In this document: positions 39,892 to 50,580 of the stretch, piece by piece
Position numbering within the stretch: the first letter of the stretch is position 1
How the letters are laid out: every line of letters starts with the position of its first letter
Origin: Gammaproteobacteria bacterium
GTDB lineage: Bacteria; Pseudomonadota; Gammaproteobacteria; UBA4575
Assembly: GCA_965222615.1 (NCBI GenBank)
Contig: CBDCUI010000009.1
Coordinates: 128,001 to 192,000, forward strand
DNA: 64,000 nucleotides
Reading direction: 5' to 3'
Program-made: the position numbers and the translations under genes
Notes under the pieces: model-generated
Told to the model about the DNA's origin: nothing
Seen by the model: only the letters and a program-made list of their open reading frames with translations
Database searches by the model: none

Positions 39892-40827
39892 ATGTGTGGA
39901 ATAGCTGGACTTATCTGGAAAGGTAAGAATTCGGACATCGGTTCGGAGATGACTTCCATGCTTCAAGCTTTGAAACATCGGGGCCCAGACTCAACTGGTT
40001 TTGCGCTGTATGGAAATGCAAACCAGAATGAATATGTGATGCGATTTGTAACTGCAGAACAAGAAGATATGGAAAAGGGCTTCGATATTCATGCGGAAGT
40101 TGAAGCACGCGAGGAAGCAGTAGAGGCACGACTTAAAGAGTCGGGGGCTACGCTTAATGAACAACATGCTGCAACAGAGTATTCACATCGATATAGATTT
40201 AGTTTCGATGGTGATTTACGCCGTCTTATTGATTACATAGAAGATGTAGATGGTGTAGAAGTCCTTTCAGTTGGAAATGCTTTGGAGTTAATAAAAGATC
40301 TTGGTGATGCGAGTACTGTATCGGATCAATATAACTTGAAAGGATTTCAAGGCACGCATGGTATTGGACATACTCGCATGGCAACTGAATCGGATGTAGA
40401 TATCCGCTCTGCGCACCCATACTGGGCCTATCCATTTTCCGATGTTGCGGTTGTTCATAATGGGCAGTTGACCAATTACTGGACTAACCGTCGTGCACTT
40501 GAACGCCGTGGGCACCGCTTTATGTCAAACTGTGATTCTGAGTTAATCGCTGTGTATCTCGCGGATCGCATCGATCAGGGTGATGATTTAAACGAAGCCA
40601 TGGATCGTTCCATTAGTTATTTAGATGGTGTGTTTTCCTATTTAGTGGCCACTAGTGATCAACTTGGCATGGCGAAAGACACCATGGCGGCAAAACCCAT
40701 GGTGATTTACGAGGGTGATGAATTTGTAGGATTGGCATCTGAAGAAATTGCAATTCGAAGTATTTTCCCACGTGAAATTGATACTTTTGATCCATATGAA
40801 GGGGAGGTTCGGGTATGGCAAGCGTAA
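39892..40827 (+). CDS. glxB: Ntn glutamine amidotransferase subunit (GlxB/MgsA)
   Basis: MCGIAG, HRGPDS, GHTRMATES, VHNGQL, DSE. Confidence 0.85.
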   Translation: MCGIAGLIWKGKNSDIGSEMTSMLQALKHRGPDSTGFALYGNANQNEYVMRFVTAEQEDMEKGFDIHAEVEAREEAVEARLKESGATLNEQHAATEYSHRYRFSFDGDLRRLIDYIEDVDGVEVLSVGNALELIKDLGDASTVSDQYNLKGFQGTHGIGHTRMATESDVDIRSAHPYWAYPFSDVAVVHNGQLTNYWTNRRALERRGHRFMSNCDSELIAVYLADRIDQGDDLNEAMDRSISYLDGVFSYLVATSDQLGMAKDTMAAKPMVIYEGDEFVGLASEEIAIRSIFPREIDTFDPYEGEVRVWQA

Positions 40828-41660
40828 GCAAAACACATAAATCTCATGATATGGGAATGCACGCCGAGCAATTGGCGGGCCGAACTCAACAGATGTATTT
40901 TTCGCCTACCGCTGAGGAAAATTTTGTCCATGCCTATGCCTATGATGTGGACTTTGACAAAGCCACGGAATTTGATTGTGCTGAAATGACGAGTACAGAA
41001 ATCAATATCAAGATTCGTGAACTCATGAAACAAGGCTATGGGACGATCACGATCAAAAATCCTATGGGCAAACATGCCTTAGGTGTAGGCATACTCAATC
41101 GACTCAATCTGAATTTTGAAGGTAGCTTAGGTTATTTTGCCTGTGGACTAATTGATGGGCCCAATGTTCGCATTAATGGTCGTGTGGGTTGGTCGTGTGC
41201 CGAAAACATGCTTGCAGGTACAGTGGTGATTGAAAAAAATGCAGGTTCAACTTTTGGTGCCGCGATTCGTGGCGGGGATTTGATTTGTAAAGGCAGCGTA
41301 GGTTCACGTACTGGGATCGATCAAAAGGGTGGAACCATTATTGTTGGTGGAGATACAGGGGCATTTTCTGGGTTCATGATGCAGCGCGGTCGCATGATTA
41401 TTTTGGGGGATGCAAGTGAAAACCTTGGTGATTCAATGTATGACGGTACGATTTATATTGCCGGTAAAGCGAAAAGTTTAGGCGTGGATGCGGTAGAAGC
41501 CGAGTTAACTGAATTGGATGTTCAATACTTAAAAGGCAAATTAGCACTTTACCAGATGGAAGCGCCAAATGGTGTAGAGAATATCACCAAGATTGAATCA
41601 GGCAAGCAGTTGTGGAACTACGACAACCTCGAACCCACCGAGAAGAAACTGGTGCTTTAA
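40815..41660 (+). CDS. glxC: GXGXG beta-helix subunit (GlxC/MgsB)
   Basis: Repeated GxxG units: GSLGYF, GRVGWSCAENM, GDTGAFSGFMMQRG. Confidence 0.85.
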   Translation: MASVSKTHKSHDMGMHAEQLAGRTQQMYFSPTAEENFVHAYAYDVDFDKATEFDCAEMTSTEINIKIRELMKQGYGTITIKNPMGKHALGVGILNRLNLNFEGSLGYFACGLIDGPNVRINGRVGWSCAENMLAGTVVIEKNAGSTFGAAIRGGDLICKGSVGSRTGIDQKGGTIIVGGDTGAFSGFMMQRGRMIILGDASENLGDSMYDGTIYIAGKAKSLGVDAVEAELTELDVQYLKGKLALYQMEAPNGVENITKIESGKQLWNYDNLEPTEKKLVL

Positions 41661-41688
41661 TAAGTTTAATAATATGAGGTAAACAAAA

Positions 41689-43035
41689 ATGTCTTCAGTA
41701 AAAGACGAAGCTAAAAAATATCACCTTGGTAAAAGCTTCATATTTCCGCCCGAGGTAATCAATGACATTCATGTAAAGTCGGAGTTGGGCCGCTATCGTA
41801 TGCGCGGCTTTTCAATATTTAAAAAAATTCCAACTTGGGATGATCTAACGTTTATGCCAGGTACTTTGACACGATTTGTAATTGAGGGTTACCGTGAAAA
41901 ATGTACCACTGAAACCATCATTGGACCCCGCGCCAAACGTCCACTGGTTTTGGACATCCCTATTTATATTACTGGAATGAGCTTTGGTGCTTTGAGTTAT
42001 GAAGCAAAGACAGCACTCGCTCGTGGTGCCACCATGGCGGGAACCGCAACCTGCTCTGGTGAAGGCGGCATGATTCCTGATGAGCGCCGCTATTCTGAAA
42101 AGTGGTTCTATCAATGTATTCAATCTCGCTACGGTTTCAATCCACAACACTTACGTCTTGCGGATGGCGTAGAGTTTTTTATTGGGCAAGGCTGCAAAGT
42201 AGGTTTGGGCGGACACTTAATGGGGCAGAAGGTTACTGACCAAGTCGCCGAGATGCGCTCACTGCCTGCAGGAATTGATCAACGTTCACCCGCGCGACAC
42301 CCAGACTGGTTGGGTCCAGATGACTTAGCCATCAAGATTCAAGAAATTCGTGAGGCAACGGATTGGCAAATTCCAATACAGTTAAAATTAGGTGCAGCAC
42401 GAGTGTATGACGATGTACGCATGGCAGCGAAAACGGATCCTGATTCAATTTATATCGACGGTATGGAAGGCGGCACCGGGGCCGGGCCTCATCTGGCAAC
42501 GGAAGATACTGGAGTGCCGGGCATCGCAGCAATACGCCAGGCGCGTCGCGCGATTCAAGACGTAGGTATGGAGGGCAAGATATCTCTAGTGTATGCCGGA
42601 GGTATTCGCAATGGTGCGGATGTCGCCAAAGCCATTGCTTTAGGTGCTGATGCCATTGCGATTGGTCACTCCGCCATGATGGCGTTGAATTGTAATAAGG
42701 ATATTCCTGAAGCCGATTATGAAGAAGAAATGGGTGTGGAAGCGGGGGCTTGTTACCATTGCCATACCGGTCGTTGCCCTGTAGGGGTCGCGACACAAGA
42801 TCCAATATTGCGTGCGCGTTTGAACCCAGATGATGCCGCAGTTCGTGTCTATAATTTCTTACATACACTGGCAATTGAAGCGCAGCTATTTGCACGTGCT
42901 TGTGGCAAGACCAACATTCATTCTTTAGAACCTGAAGATTTGGCAGCCTTAACTATGGAAGCCTCGGCCTGTGCACAAGTACCGATTGCAGGAACACAAC
43001 ACACGGTTGGCCGTCCTGACATGACACGTTTTTAG
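41689..43035 (+). CDS. glxD: FMN-binding glutamate synthase-family subunit (GlxD/MgsC)
   Basis: MSFGALS, GEGG, GQGCKVGLGG, DGMEGGTGA, GGIRNGAD, CYHCHTGRCPVGVATQ. Confidence 0.88.
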   Translation: MSSVKDEAKKYHLGKSFIFPPEVINDIHVKSELGRYRMRGFSIFKKIPTWDDLTFMPGTLTRFVIEGYREKCTTETIIGPRAKRPLVLDIPIYITGMSFGALSYEAKTALARGATMAGTATCSGEGGMIPDERRYSEKWFYQCIQSRYGFNPQHLRLADGVEFFIGQGCKVGLGGHLMGQKVTDQVAEMRSLPAGIDQRSPARHPDWLGPDDLAIKIQEIREATDWQIPIQLKLGAARVYDDVRMAAKTDPDSIYIDGMEGGTGAGPHLATEDTGVPGIAAIRQARRAIQDVGMEGKISLVYAGGIRNGADVAKAIALGADAIAIGHSAMMALNCNKDIPEADYEEEMGVEAGACYHCHTGRCPVGVATQDPILRARLNPDDAAVRVYNFLHTLAIEAQLFARACGKTNIHSLEPEDLAALTMEASACAQVPIAGTQHTVGRPDMTRF

Positions 43036-43044
43036 GAGAACATC

Positions 43045-43434
43045 ATGAGTAAAAAAGATATTGACCGCTTTTTAGAGACCGATGAGCTCAGTGAAGAGCG
43101 TGAAAAAATGATCGGTCAACATATCGGTTATCGATATGATGTAAATCTCGTACCCGACTTAACTAAACTAACTCCTTTCCTAAAAAAATATATTGAAATT
43201 ATGGGTTGGAGTGATCTTAACTGGTTGGAAGACGTTCATATGGGCTATGAAGAAGGCCGTGCAGCGGTGTTCGATCGCAATATCAATGGTTGGGTTACCG
43301 TGCCAGAGGATATGGAGCTTCCAGATAATCAGCAGGAACGCGATATGATCGCAAGAGAACTATTAGTCAAGTTTCAAATGTCGCCAAATCATCCGATGGT
43401 CGATTTACGCAAGGCCTATGAAAAATTTAATTAA
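43045..43434 (+). CDS. Hypothetical protein in the glx operon
   Basis: AGGAG RBS, 9 nt after glxD. Confidence 0.8.
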   Translation: MSKKDIDRFLETDELSEEREKMIGQHIGYRYDVNLVPDLTKLTPFLKKYIEIMGWSDLNWLEDVHMGYEEGRAAVFDRNINGWVTVPEDMELPDNQQERDMIARELLVKFQMSPNHPMVDLRKAYEKFN

Positions 43435-43559
43435 TGTAAATCGACAAGAAGCATGTTTATATAGTTGAAACTCATAGCTTTTTGAAACTTCTAGGAATAT
43501 TTAATACGGCTGTTCAATAGCTCTCATTTTTAAAAACTTGTGAATAGCACGTCTGCCTT

Positions 43560-44156
43560 ATGGATACGGACCAGAATAGTGTTGAGCAACATATGCGTGA
43601 TCATTTTATTGGCTGGCAATGTCGCATTCGTCAGTATGCAGTTCGCAATGCAGGCGGGCGGCCTTCTGAAGGCATGCGGGCTACTGTGTTCATCGACGAT
43701 GAAGCAATTGCCAAGATCATCGTATTAATTAATAAAAAAGATTTGGCAAAGTTAGTTACCGAATTCAGTTTTATGTACAAAAAAAACCAAGACCCTGCTG
43801 TACGGCGTGATTCAATCTTGCGGGTATTGATGGCAGGTTATTTTCAGTATCCTGAAGAGTTTTCAGACAGACTCACAGCCTTATTGTCTGCTAGTCATGA
43901 TCTGACAAAATGTTTGTTAGAAGCTGGAGAGGTCTCACTTTATTTTTATCAGCAGAATCAACAATATCAGATCCCATGTACTGTGCATGCTCTAAAGTCA
44001 AGTGATCACGAATACCAAGCAACTTATTGGCATAACTCGTTATTTAATCCTAATATCCCAACTGATATCCATATTCTTGCTTTTGAGCCAGATTGGTCGA
44101 TTGCAAAGGCAAACCCCTTGCCCAATGCACTCAAGCTTGCATCTAATTTTCAGTGA
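43560..44156 (+). CDS. Hypothetical protein
   Basis: 198-aa ORF, WQCRIRQ..R..GGRP motif, stop overlaps the next start. Confidence 0.75.
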   Translation: MDTDQNSVEQHMRDHFIGWQCRIRQYAVRNAGGRPSEGMRATVFIDDEAIAKIIVLINKKDLAKLVTEFSFMYKKNQDPAVRRDSILRVLMAGYFQYPEEFSDRLTALLSASHDLTKCLLEAGEVSLYFYQQNQQYQIPCTVHALKSSDHEYQATYWHNSLFNPNIPTDIHILAFEPDWSIAKANPLPNALKLASNFQ

Positions 44157-44581
44157 ATTTAACCACTGTTCAACATAAAGACTTCTATACTGGTAGTTGT
44201 TTATGCGGTGCTATTCGCTACCAAGTCAAAGGAAAATTGCGTGATGTGGTGAATTGCCACTGTAGTCTGTGCCGAAAATTTCACGGTCATTTTGGTGCTT
44301 ATACCGCAGCAAAAAGAGAAGATGTTCATATCAACAGTTCCAAAAATAATGATCTACTGGCCTGGTATCAAAGCATGGACAATAAAGCCCGTAGAGGGTT
44401 TTGTGTGATTTGTGGATCAAGCCTATTTTGGGATTTAGAAGGTGCTTCTACTTTGAGTATTGCTGCAGGTAGCCTGGATCAACCTTCGGGTCTAAATACT
44501 ACAACCGATATTTTTGTCGATGACAAAGCCGATTACTATGAACTTGATGAACGCTTAATCCATCTTAGGCAGGGTTTATAA
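44153..44581 (+). CDS. GFA/CENP-V family (glutathione-dependent formaldehyde-activating) protein
   Basis: GSCLCGAIRY, CHCSLCRK, RGFCVICGS. Confidence 0.88.
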   Translation: MNLTTVQHKDFYTGSCLCGAIRYQVKGKLRDVVNCHCSLCRKFHGHFGAYTAAKREDVHINSSKNNDLLAWYQSMDNKARRGFCVICGSSLFWDLEGASTLSIAAGSLDQPSGLNTTTDIFVDDKADYYELDERLIHLRQGL

Positions 44582-44932
44582 GACTGCAAAGTCAACCGGA
44601 TAAAAGCAAGCGCTTAGCTTATTCCAGAGGATCCGTAGCATAGGGACTTGTGATACTAAAATACTACCTGATTTCAACATTGTTTCACCTTGCGCTACTA
44701 CACTGTATTAATACTATGGTGAGTAGATTGTAAGAATACATCGGTGTTCAGCAGGTATACCGCCAATAAGCGTAAGCCTGGTCCTATTGGTGAATAGAAC
44801 TGAATGCTCAAGTAATTACTATATGGTTGTAGGTTACTTGTGTGCTGTATGTCTTTTGGGTCGTGAAGCGGTTTAACCTGATCGCCTGCGACACATTATT
44901 TTCACAGTTAAATTCATCCTGGATACTAAATT

Positions 44933-45061
44933 ATGAATACCGATCAAATCATAGCTCTCATTAGTGTTATCTTTATTGCTTATTATCTTATCTGGGAAGT
45001 TGATTGGGATGCTGTGGAAAAAAAAGCAAAAAAAAAAGTGGCAGCACACTTTCCTCAATGA
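44933..45061 (+). CDS. Possible small single-TM protein (42 aa) containing A8/A10 tracts
   Basis: MNTDQIIALISVIFIAYYLIWEVDWD...; not in the ORF track; a -1 shift in the A10 tract extends it to 45107. Confidence 0.35.
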   Translation: MNTDQIIALISVIFIAYYLIWEVDWDAVEKKAKKKVAAHFPQ

Positions 45062-45460
45062 TAAGGACTTTGAAAAGCTTCAGGAAACCCTCAACGAGTA
45101 CAAATAAGGACTGCGAGAGATAAATGATTCGTCTCCGTATTGTGTGGAAATTTCCTAACTTTTTCTGTGATTATGTTGATCTGGTTTATTCAGTTTCCTA
45201 ATAGCTTTAGATCTGTATAAGAACGAGGTGGTTTCTCTCAAGATTGTGAGCACCTAAGGGAAGGCTTATTAGGCTGAAAAGTATAAGCAACTAATCCGGC
45301 TACCAAGTGCACTCTAAAACAGGTCACCTTATTTAATTCCGTAAACAGTAAAACTTCTGTTTTTCACATTGCGTAATCAATGCTCATTCGAAGCCTCCAG
45401 CTGGTGGTTGGATGTAATATCGGGCATGGTCTTGTTACTATTCTCCCTGAGGATGAGCTA

Positions 45461-46971
45461 ATGGCTAATGCCGAGAAACTATTCGAGACGATAGCGAATT
45501 ACACCTACGACTGGAATCCTGGATCGGGCAAGACGGGAAATTACTTTGGGTTAATCCCGCGATAGAGCGTATGACCGGTTATACGACCTCAGATTGCCTC
45601 AAGATGCACGATTACCCGCTACCCATTGTAGATAAGGAAGACCGTGCGAAGATCGCGCAATACCTGGAATCAGCAGCCGACGGTAGTAGCGGTAACGATA
45701 TCGAATTTCGAATTCGTGATAAATATGGGCAACTCCGCTGGGGCGCAGTGTCATGGCAAACCATCTATGATGGTGCTGGTCATCAACTTGGTTTCCGTAC
45801 CAGCGTGCGCGACATTACCCAACGTAAGCAGGTAGAACGAGATCTCCAAGCTGCTTATGAAGAGGCAGAGCGCGCAAATCGGGCAACGTCGAAATTCCTT
45901 GCAGCCGCCAGTCATGACTTGCGTCAACCACTTCAGGCTGCCGGATTGTTTGTTGAAACGATCGACGCGCATATCAAGGATAAGAAACTAAGCGATATTG
46001 TTGCCTCATTACGTAAATGCCTGCATAGCACTAATGATCTCTTAGATACCCTGCTCGATATTTCACGATTGGACGCGGGCACCATAGGCGTTGAATCGCA
46101 GGCATTTGCCATTATTGATCTGCTGGACCGGATGGAGACTGAGTTCGGCGCAATGGCAAGCTCGAAGAATATTACTCTCAAAATCGTTGATAGCAGTGCT
46201 TTTGTGTATACCGATCCGGTTCTGCTTACGCGGGTAATGGAGAATCTTGTTTCCAATGCTGTTCGCTATAATGAAGGAGGCCGTATTGTTGTCGGCGCAC
46301 GCCGTCGCGGAGAAAAGCTGAGGCTGGAAGTTTGGGATAATGGTATCGGCATTGCGAAAGACCAGTTGGAAAACATATTTGAGGAGTTTTATCAGGTTGG
46401 AAATCCGGAGCGTGACCGCACGCGTGGCCTGGGTCTCGGTCTATCGGTGGTACGCCGTATCGCACAATTACTGAATGCGAGGCTGGGAGTCCGATCCTGG
46501 TTAGGGCAAGGATCGGTGTTTTCTGTCGAAGTGCCACTTGCCTCTGCTGAATCGATTATGGTACCTAAAGATGCTTGTCCTTCGAGCCCTGCGCTGGCCG
46601 GCCTGAAAGTGGCTGCCATTGATGACGAGCCTTTGCAGCTGGCAGCGCTCGAGGCGTTTCTATCGATCTATGACTGTCAAGTGATCACCGGTACTACATT
46701 GGAGGAGTTGGCAAGCAAGCTAAGACAGAAAAAACTAATCCCCGGTGTAATCATTGCCGACTACCGTTTACGTGGTGGAACGACAGGCGTTCAGGCCATC
46801 AAGTCTCTGAGGAAGGAATTCGGTCAATTTATCCCAGCGATACTAATTACAGGAGACACGGAGCCAGATAGAATTGCGGAAGCCAACAACAGTGGTTACC
46901 CAATATTGCACAAGCCACTGGTTCCCAATGAGTTCGTTGCTACCTTATCGGAAGTATTGGTGAAGCATTGA
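45461..46971 (+). pseudogene. PAS-HisKA-HATPase-REC hybrid sensor kinase with a frameshift near codon 18 (true lesion or sequencing error)
   Basis: MANAEKLFETIANYTYDW continues as ESWIGQDGKLLWVNPAIERMTGY if one G is added at 45513-45514; AAASHDLRQPL, NLVSNAVRY, DNGIGI, GLGLGL, receiver ADYRL..KP. Confidence 0.8.
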
Positions 46972-47024
46972 TCATTACACGGCAGGTGTTTTATCGATGT
47001 TGATAGGACCTGCCAGGTTCCTTT

Positions 47025-47183
47025 CAGAATTTCATCTGACTTGTTTTAACCAAAGTCCACTGCTATCTAGATGCCTTAGTTCTGCTAAATACGTTAAGCT
47101 TCTTTAAGATCACCCGCAAATAAGTTTTTACCGAACTTTCTAGAATATCGCAGTCGCACATAATCTTCGTGTTCGATTTATCC
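47025..47183 (-). pseudogene. Decayed copy of the C-terminal LuxR-HTH of the regulator at 51821..52525
   Basis: [49 protein letters not shown] versus [51 protein letters not shown]. Confidence 0.8.
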
Positions 47184-47400
47184 AGTTTCTTCAGGTTAGA
47201 TATCTCGTCAGTAGGCGTAATCATAGCTTGTTGAAGAATAGGGCGCATGATCCATTGGCTATGATGTGATAGCCTATATTCAAGATCGAGAAATTCAGTA
47301 ATACCTGTCATACTGAATGCACTAGCAAAGACAATTTGTACTAAATTAGGAGAAAAGTTTATAAAAATTTAATGAATTATTAGATTAAGTTAACGCTTGT

Positions 47401-47721
47401 CTAAACTGTTTTTTTATCACGGGATTTAAAATATTCCCAGCGATACCTCGCCCATCGATAAGCGTCCATAATCGATAATGCATAGATAAAAAGACCACCT
47501 GCAAATCGACCCAAAAAAGAATGTTCGGGTGTAGTTGTATAAAACGTCACCATACCTAGCATTATCATAAAGCAGATCATCAGCATGCCCCTGCCAGGAG
47601 TGTTATTCAATACTTGTCCAACGCCTGGTAATAAAACCGCAATGATGAGGATTATGTGAGGATGATGAATGTAAGATAGTTTGTCTGAAGGTTCAGGGTG
47701 AACTTTATTTGTGTCCGTCAT
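47401..47721 (-). CDS. Small membrane protein
   Basis: LLPGVGQVLN motif, three TM helices; ATG 47721 with AGGTGG RBS. Confidence 0.75.
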   Translation of the reverse strand: MTDTNKVHPEPSDKLSYIHHPHIILIIAVLLPGVGQVLNNTPGRGMLMICFMIMLGMVTFYTTTPEHSFLGRFAGGLFIYALSIMDAYRWARYRWEYFKSRDKKTV

Positions 47722-48409
47722 TTTCCACCTTCTCGTCAACCACTCGACTAAATTTACAGGATAAATCGTCAATGAGTCTAATTAAAGCATCGATCAGTTG
47801 TTTAACTAGCTTAAAATCAAGGCGGTCATGCTCAAACACTAATTGCCTGAGCACCATATAATGAGAACGCAATGCTTGGTCTACTAGATAAACGATGCGT
47901 ACACCTTTGGGTGTAATTAGCATCTCTTTGCAATTTGGATCTTTAAACATACGTCTGACAAAGCGACCTACTACATCGAGCGGAGGAATATCATCGAAAT
48001 TGTTAGTACGCAAGGTAGCGTGTTGAGGCCAATCGTGTGGAATGTCCAACGTATTACAAAGACTGGCAGAAGGGGAATAAAACTCGGTATTTTGTGGCCG
48101 CACCAAGTAATCTAATGTGCCAGAATATGGTATAGGAAACTTCAGCGAAACAAGTAACCAAAGCGCAGGTATTTTTCGTACCGCAAGATGATCTACCAGT
48201 GCTTCGATTTTTACGTCCATTCCTTTATAACGTGCGCGCAACACTGGGTAGTTAACTTCATCCTGTGTAACGTTAACTTCAGAAAATAGGGAAAGGCAAT
48301 CATCAAATATCGCTCCACGCTTGCTGCGTATCATGCGACGTGCTCGACGGTTCATTCCCCAAAGGATTAGAACAAAAGTAGCACCTAATATAACTGCATC
48401 GATACGCAT
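47705..48409 (-). CDS. Hypothetical membrane-anchored protein
   Basis: N-terminal TM helix; KEMLITPKGVRIV; co-oriented with the permease. Confidence 0.75.
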   Translation of the reverse strand: MRIDAVILGATFVLILWGMNRRARRMIRSKRGAIFDDCLSLFSEVNVTQDEVNYPVLRARYKGMDVKIEALVDHLAVRKIPALWLLVSLKFPIPYSGTLDYLVRPQNTEFYSPSASLCNTLDIPHDWPQHATLRTNNFDDIPPLDVVGRFVRRMFKDPNCKEMLITPKGVRIVYLVDQALRSHYMVLRQLVFEHDRLDFKLVKQLIDALIRLIDDLSCKFSRVVDEKVENDGHK

Positions 48410-48474
48410 TTCCACCCCAGTAAAAAGCCCAGCACATAGTTTAGCTTCACACTGGTGTGCTTAATTTTAATGGG

Positions 48475-48906
48475 CTAACGGACGATTGTTACTGGACAAT
48501 GTGCTTTGTGAACGACATCTGAAGCAACCGAGCCCAACAACATACGAGTAATACCGGTTTTGCCTGTTGAACCCATGACAATATGGTCGCAGTCATTCTC
48601 CTCTGCAAATGCAATAATTGTAGCAGCGATGTTCAAACCCTGTGCTGAAACGCATGAAAACTTTTTAACACTGTTAGCCTTCGCTGCTTTTTCAGCCGCA
48701 AACAGCTCTTTGTTTGTTTGCTCATCCACAGCTTCAAGTACTATCTGACTATATGCAAGACTGGAACTCAATTGAGCGTCGGTTATCGTATCTACGTCTA
48801 AAAAAATGACTTCTGCATCGATCTGATTGGCAAATTCGCATGCGAATTCTACTGATTTTGCCGATGCAATCGAACCATCCGTGGCGCAGAGTAATCTACT
48901 AATCAT
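48475..48906 (-). CDS. Universal stress protein (USP)
   Basis: LLCATDGS..S, DHIVMGSTG..LLGSVA..V.HKAHCPVTIVR; ATG 48906. Confidence 0.9.
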   Translation of the reverse strand: MISRLLCATDGSIASAKSVEFACEFANQIDAEVIFLDVDTITDAQLSSSLAYSQIVLEAVDEQTNKELFAAEKAAKANSVKKFSCVSAQGLNIAATIIAFAEENDCDHIVMGSTGKTGITRMLLGSVASDVVHKAHCPVTIVR

Positions 48907-48926
48907 TATACTAGTACCTTTTCTTA

Positions 48927-50330
48927 TTAATAGCCGCGTGGCTTGGGCCATGGCATGGTAAATTGGTCGCCGCGCCTGACGTACTTATAGCGATGCATAT
49001 GGAACCAGAATGAAACCACGATATAGAAAGCCATAATAGATAGGAGTGAGCTTCCATATCCCAGGAATGTGGCGAAGTAGGTGGCGCCGCACAGGATCAG
49101 CAGTGTAAGAGCTGGTAGGGGATGGAACGGATGAATATAACCCCGTTTGATCGAGCCCAATGGCCACTGTTTTCTGAATTTAATCACATTCAGTGACATA
49201 AACGTATAGCCCAGCAATCCCGAGAGAATGGAAAAGGTAATCACCTGATCCAGCAGCCCGGTAAAACCGAATGATACTGCAACTGGAATAAGGAATAGAA
49301 TTGCGCGGTAAGGTGTTCGATACCGAGGGTGAACGGCGGCAAACCAGACCGGCAGGTAGTGATCACGTCCCATGGAGAACCAAGATCGCGAAGCATCGTT
49401 AATACAACCATTCGCTGACGCGACTGCGGAGAACAAGGTGCCGACAAACAATAGAATCTGAAGAGTCGGACTACCTGTTAAGCGAGAAGCATCATACAAA
49501 GGAACAGCAGCCTGGCCCAGGTATTCCCAGGGCATTAGCCCCGAGGCGATCCACCATGTTAGAGTCGCGGCAATAAGCAAAGTAATCATCCCAGTCATCG
49601 TCCCTAATGGGATGGAACGCCCAGCGGACCTTACTTCTTCGGCCGCCTGGCAGGTGCCTTCTATGCCCAAGTAATACCACATCCCGAACTGAAGCGCTGC
49701 AACCACGCCAATCCACCCGTAGGGTAAATCGGTCAACAGCTCCTTATGATGAACAATTTTGCCTGGGTTCCAGGGTTCAACACCGATAAAAAGAACAAGA
49801 ATCGCCACGAAGGCAATGGCTGTAATGATGAAATTGACTGTTAGGGTCATAAATACCCCTCGATAATTCAGCCAGGCTAAAAACATGATCGTCATCACTA
49901 CGAAGGGTTTGGTATCAAGGCCTTCAAAGCCAAATTGCCCTGCCACAACTGCCAAAAGATCGCCCACCACCAAGGCATCTGCGGCCTCAAGCATGGTATA
50001 CGCCATCACCAGGTACAGACCAACATTGAATGCCATTATCGGACCTACAATATGCTTGGCCTGGGCATATTGACCACCTGCTGCTGCAACCGTTGATGTT
50101 ACCTCCGAGTCGATCATAGCTACACAGGTGTACAGTAGTCCTATAAACCAGCACGCAATAATCGAACCGTAAGCTCCGCCCTTGCCGACGGAGAAATTCC
50201 AGCCCATGTATTCACCAACAAGTACAATTCCTACACCAAGTGCCCATACATGTACTGGGCCAAGAACCTTTAACAAATTAATACGTTCAGGTGCAGTAGT
50301 ACCGTCGGCAGCCATCACTTTATCTGTCAT
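48927..50330 (-). CDS. APC-family amine permease (ethanolamine/methylamine permease-like)
   Basis: HVWALGVGIVLVGEYMGWNF, WYYLGIEG..QAAEE, about 12 TM helices. Confidence 0.88.
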   Translation of the reverse strand: MTDKVMAADGTTAPERINLLKVLGPVHVWALGVGIVLVGEYMGWNFSVGKGGAYGSIIACWFIGLLYTCVAMIDSEVTSTVAAAGGQYAQAKHIVGPIMAFNVGLYLVMAYTMLEAADALVVGDLLAVVAGQFGFEGLDTKPFVVMTIMFLAWLNYRGVFMTLTVNFIITAIAFVAILVLFIGVEPWNPGKIVHHKELLTDLPYGWIGVVAALQFGMWYYLGIEGTCQAAEEVRSAGRSIPLGTMTGMITLLIAATLTWWIASGLMPWEYLGQAAVPLYDASRLTGSPTLQILLFVGTLFSAVASANGCINDASRSWFSMGRDHYLPVWFAAVHPRYRTPYRAILFLIPVAVSFGFTGLLDQVITFSILSGLLGYTFMSLNVIKFRKQWPLGSIKRGYIHPFHPLPALTLLILCGATYFATFLGYGSSLLSIMAFYIVVSFWFHMHRYKYVRRGDQFTMPWPKPRGY

Positions 50331-50356
50331 CGTTACTTCTCCCCTAATTTATATAG

Positions 50357-50512
50357 TTATTCTTTATCAAGCAGTTCATCTGCACCTTCACGGGAACTGA
50401 CAAGCACATCTTCATCGTATTCCTGTCCCACACGGAAAGCGTCTAGCAACATCCAAATAGCAATAAGTGCTGAAATCCCCCAGGCTGCATAGGTAAACAG
50501 TGTCCAGAACAT
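50357..50512 (-). CDS. Small membrane protein (51 aa) missed by the ORF track
   Basis: MFWTLFTYAAWGISALIAIWMLLDAFRVGQEYDEDVLVSSREGADELLDKE; GGAG RBS; sits inside the operon. Confidence 0.75.
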   Translation of the reverse strand: MFWTLFTYAAWGISALIAIWMLLDAFRVGQEYDEDVLVSSREGADELLDKE

Positions 50513-50580
50513 AGTAGTACTCCAATTTTGATTTTATTTTTTTGATCAAAAATCCAATGCTGACTCAAGCAGTAATAGTT

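Noticed and set aside
45380-45565. Independent 61-aa ORF
   Set aside because: It contains the frameshifted N-terminus of the sensor kinase.
47063-47311. Functional 82-aa regulator
   Set aside because: Only the C-terminal part resembles a LuxR HTH; it is degenerate and homology continues past its stop in another frame.
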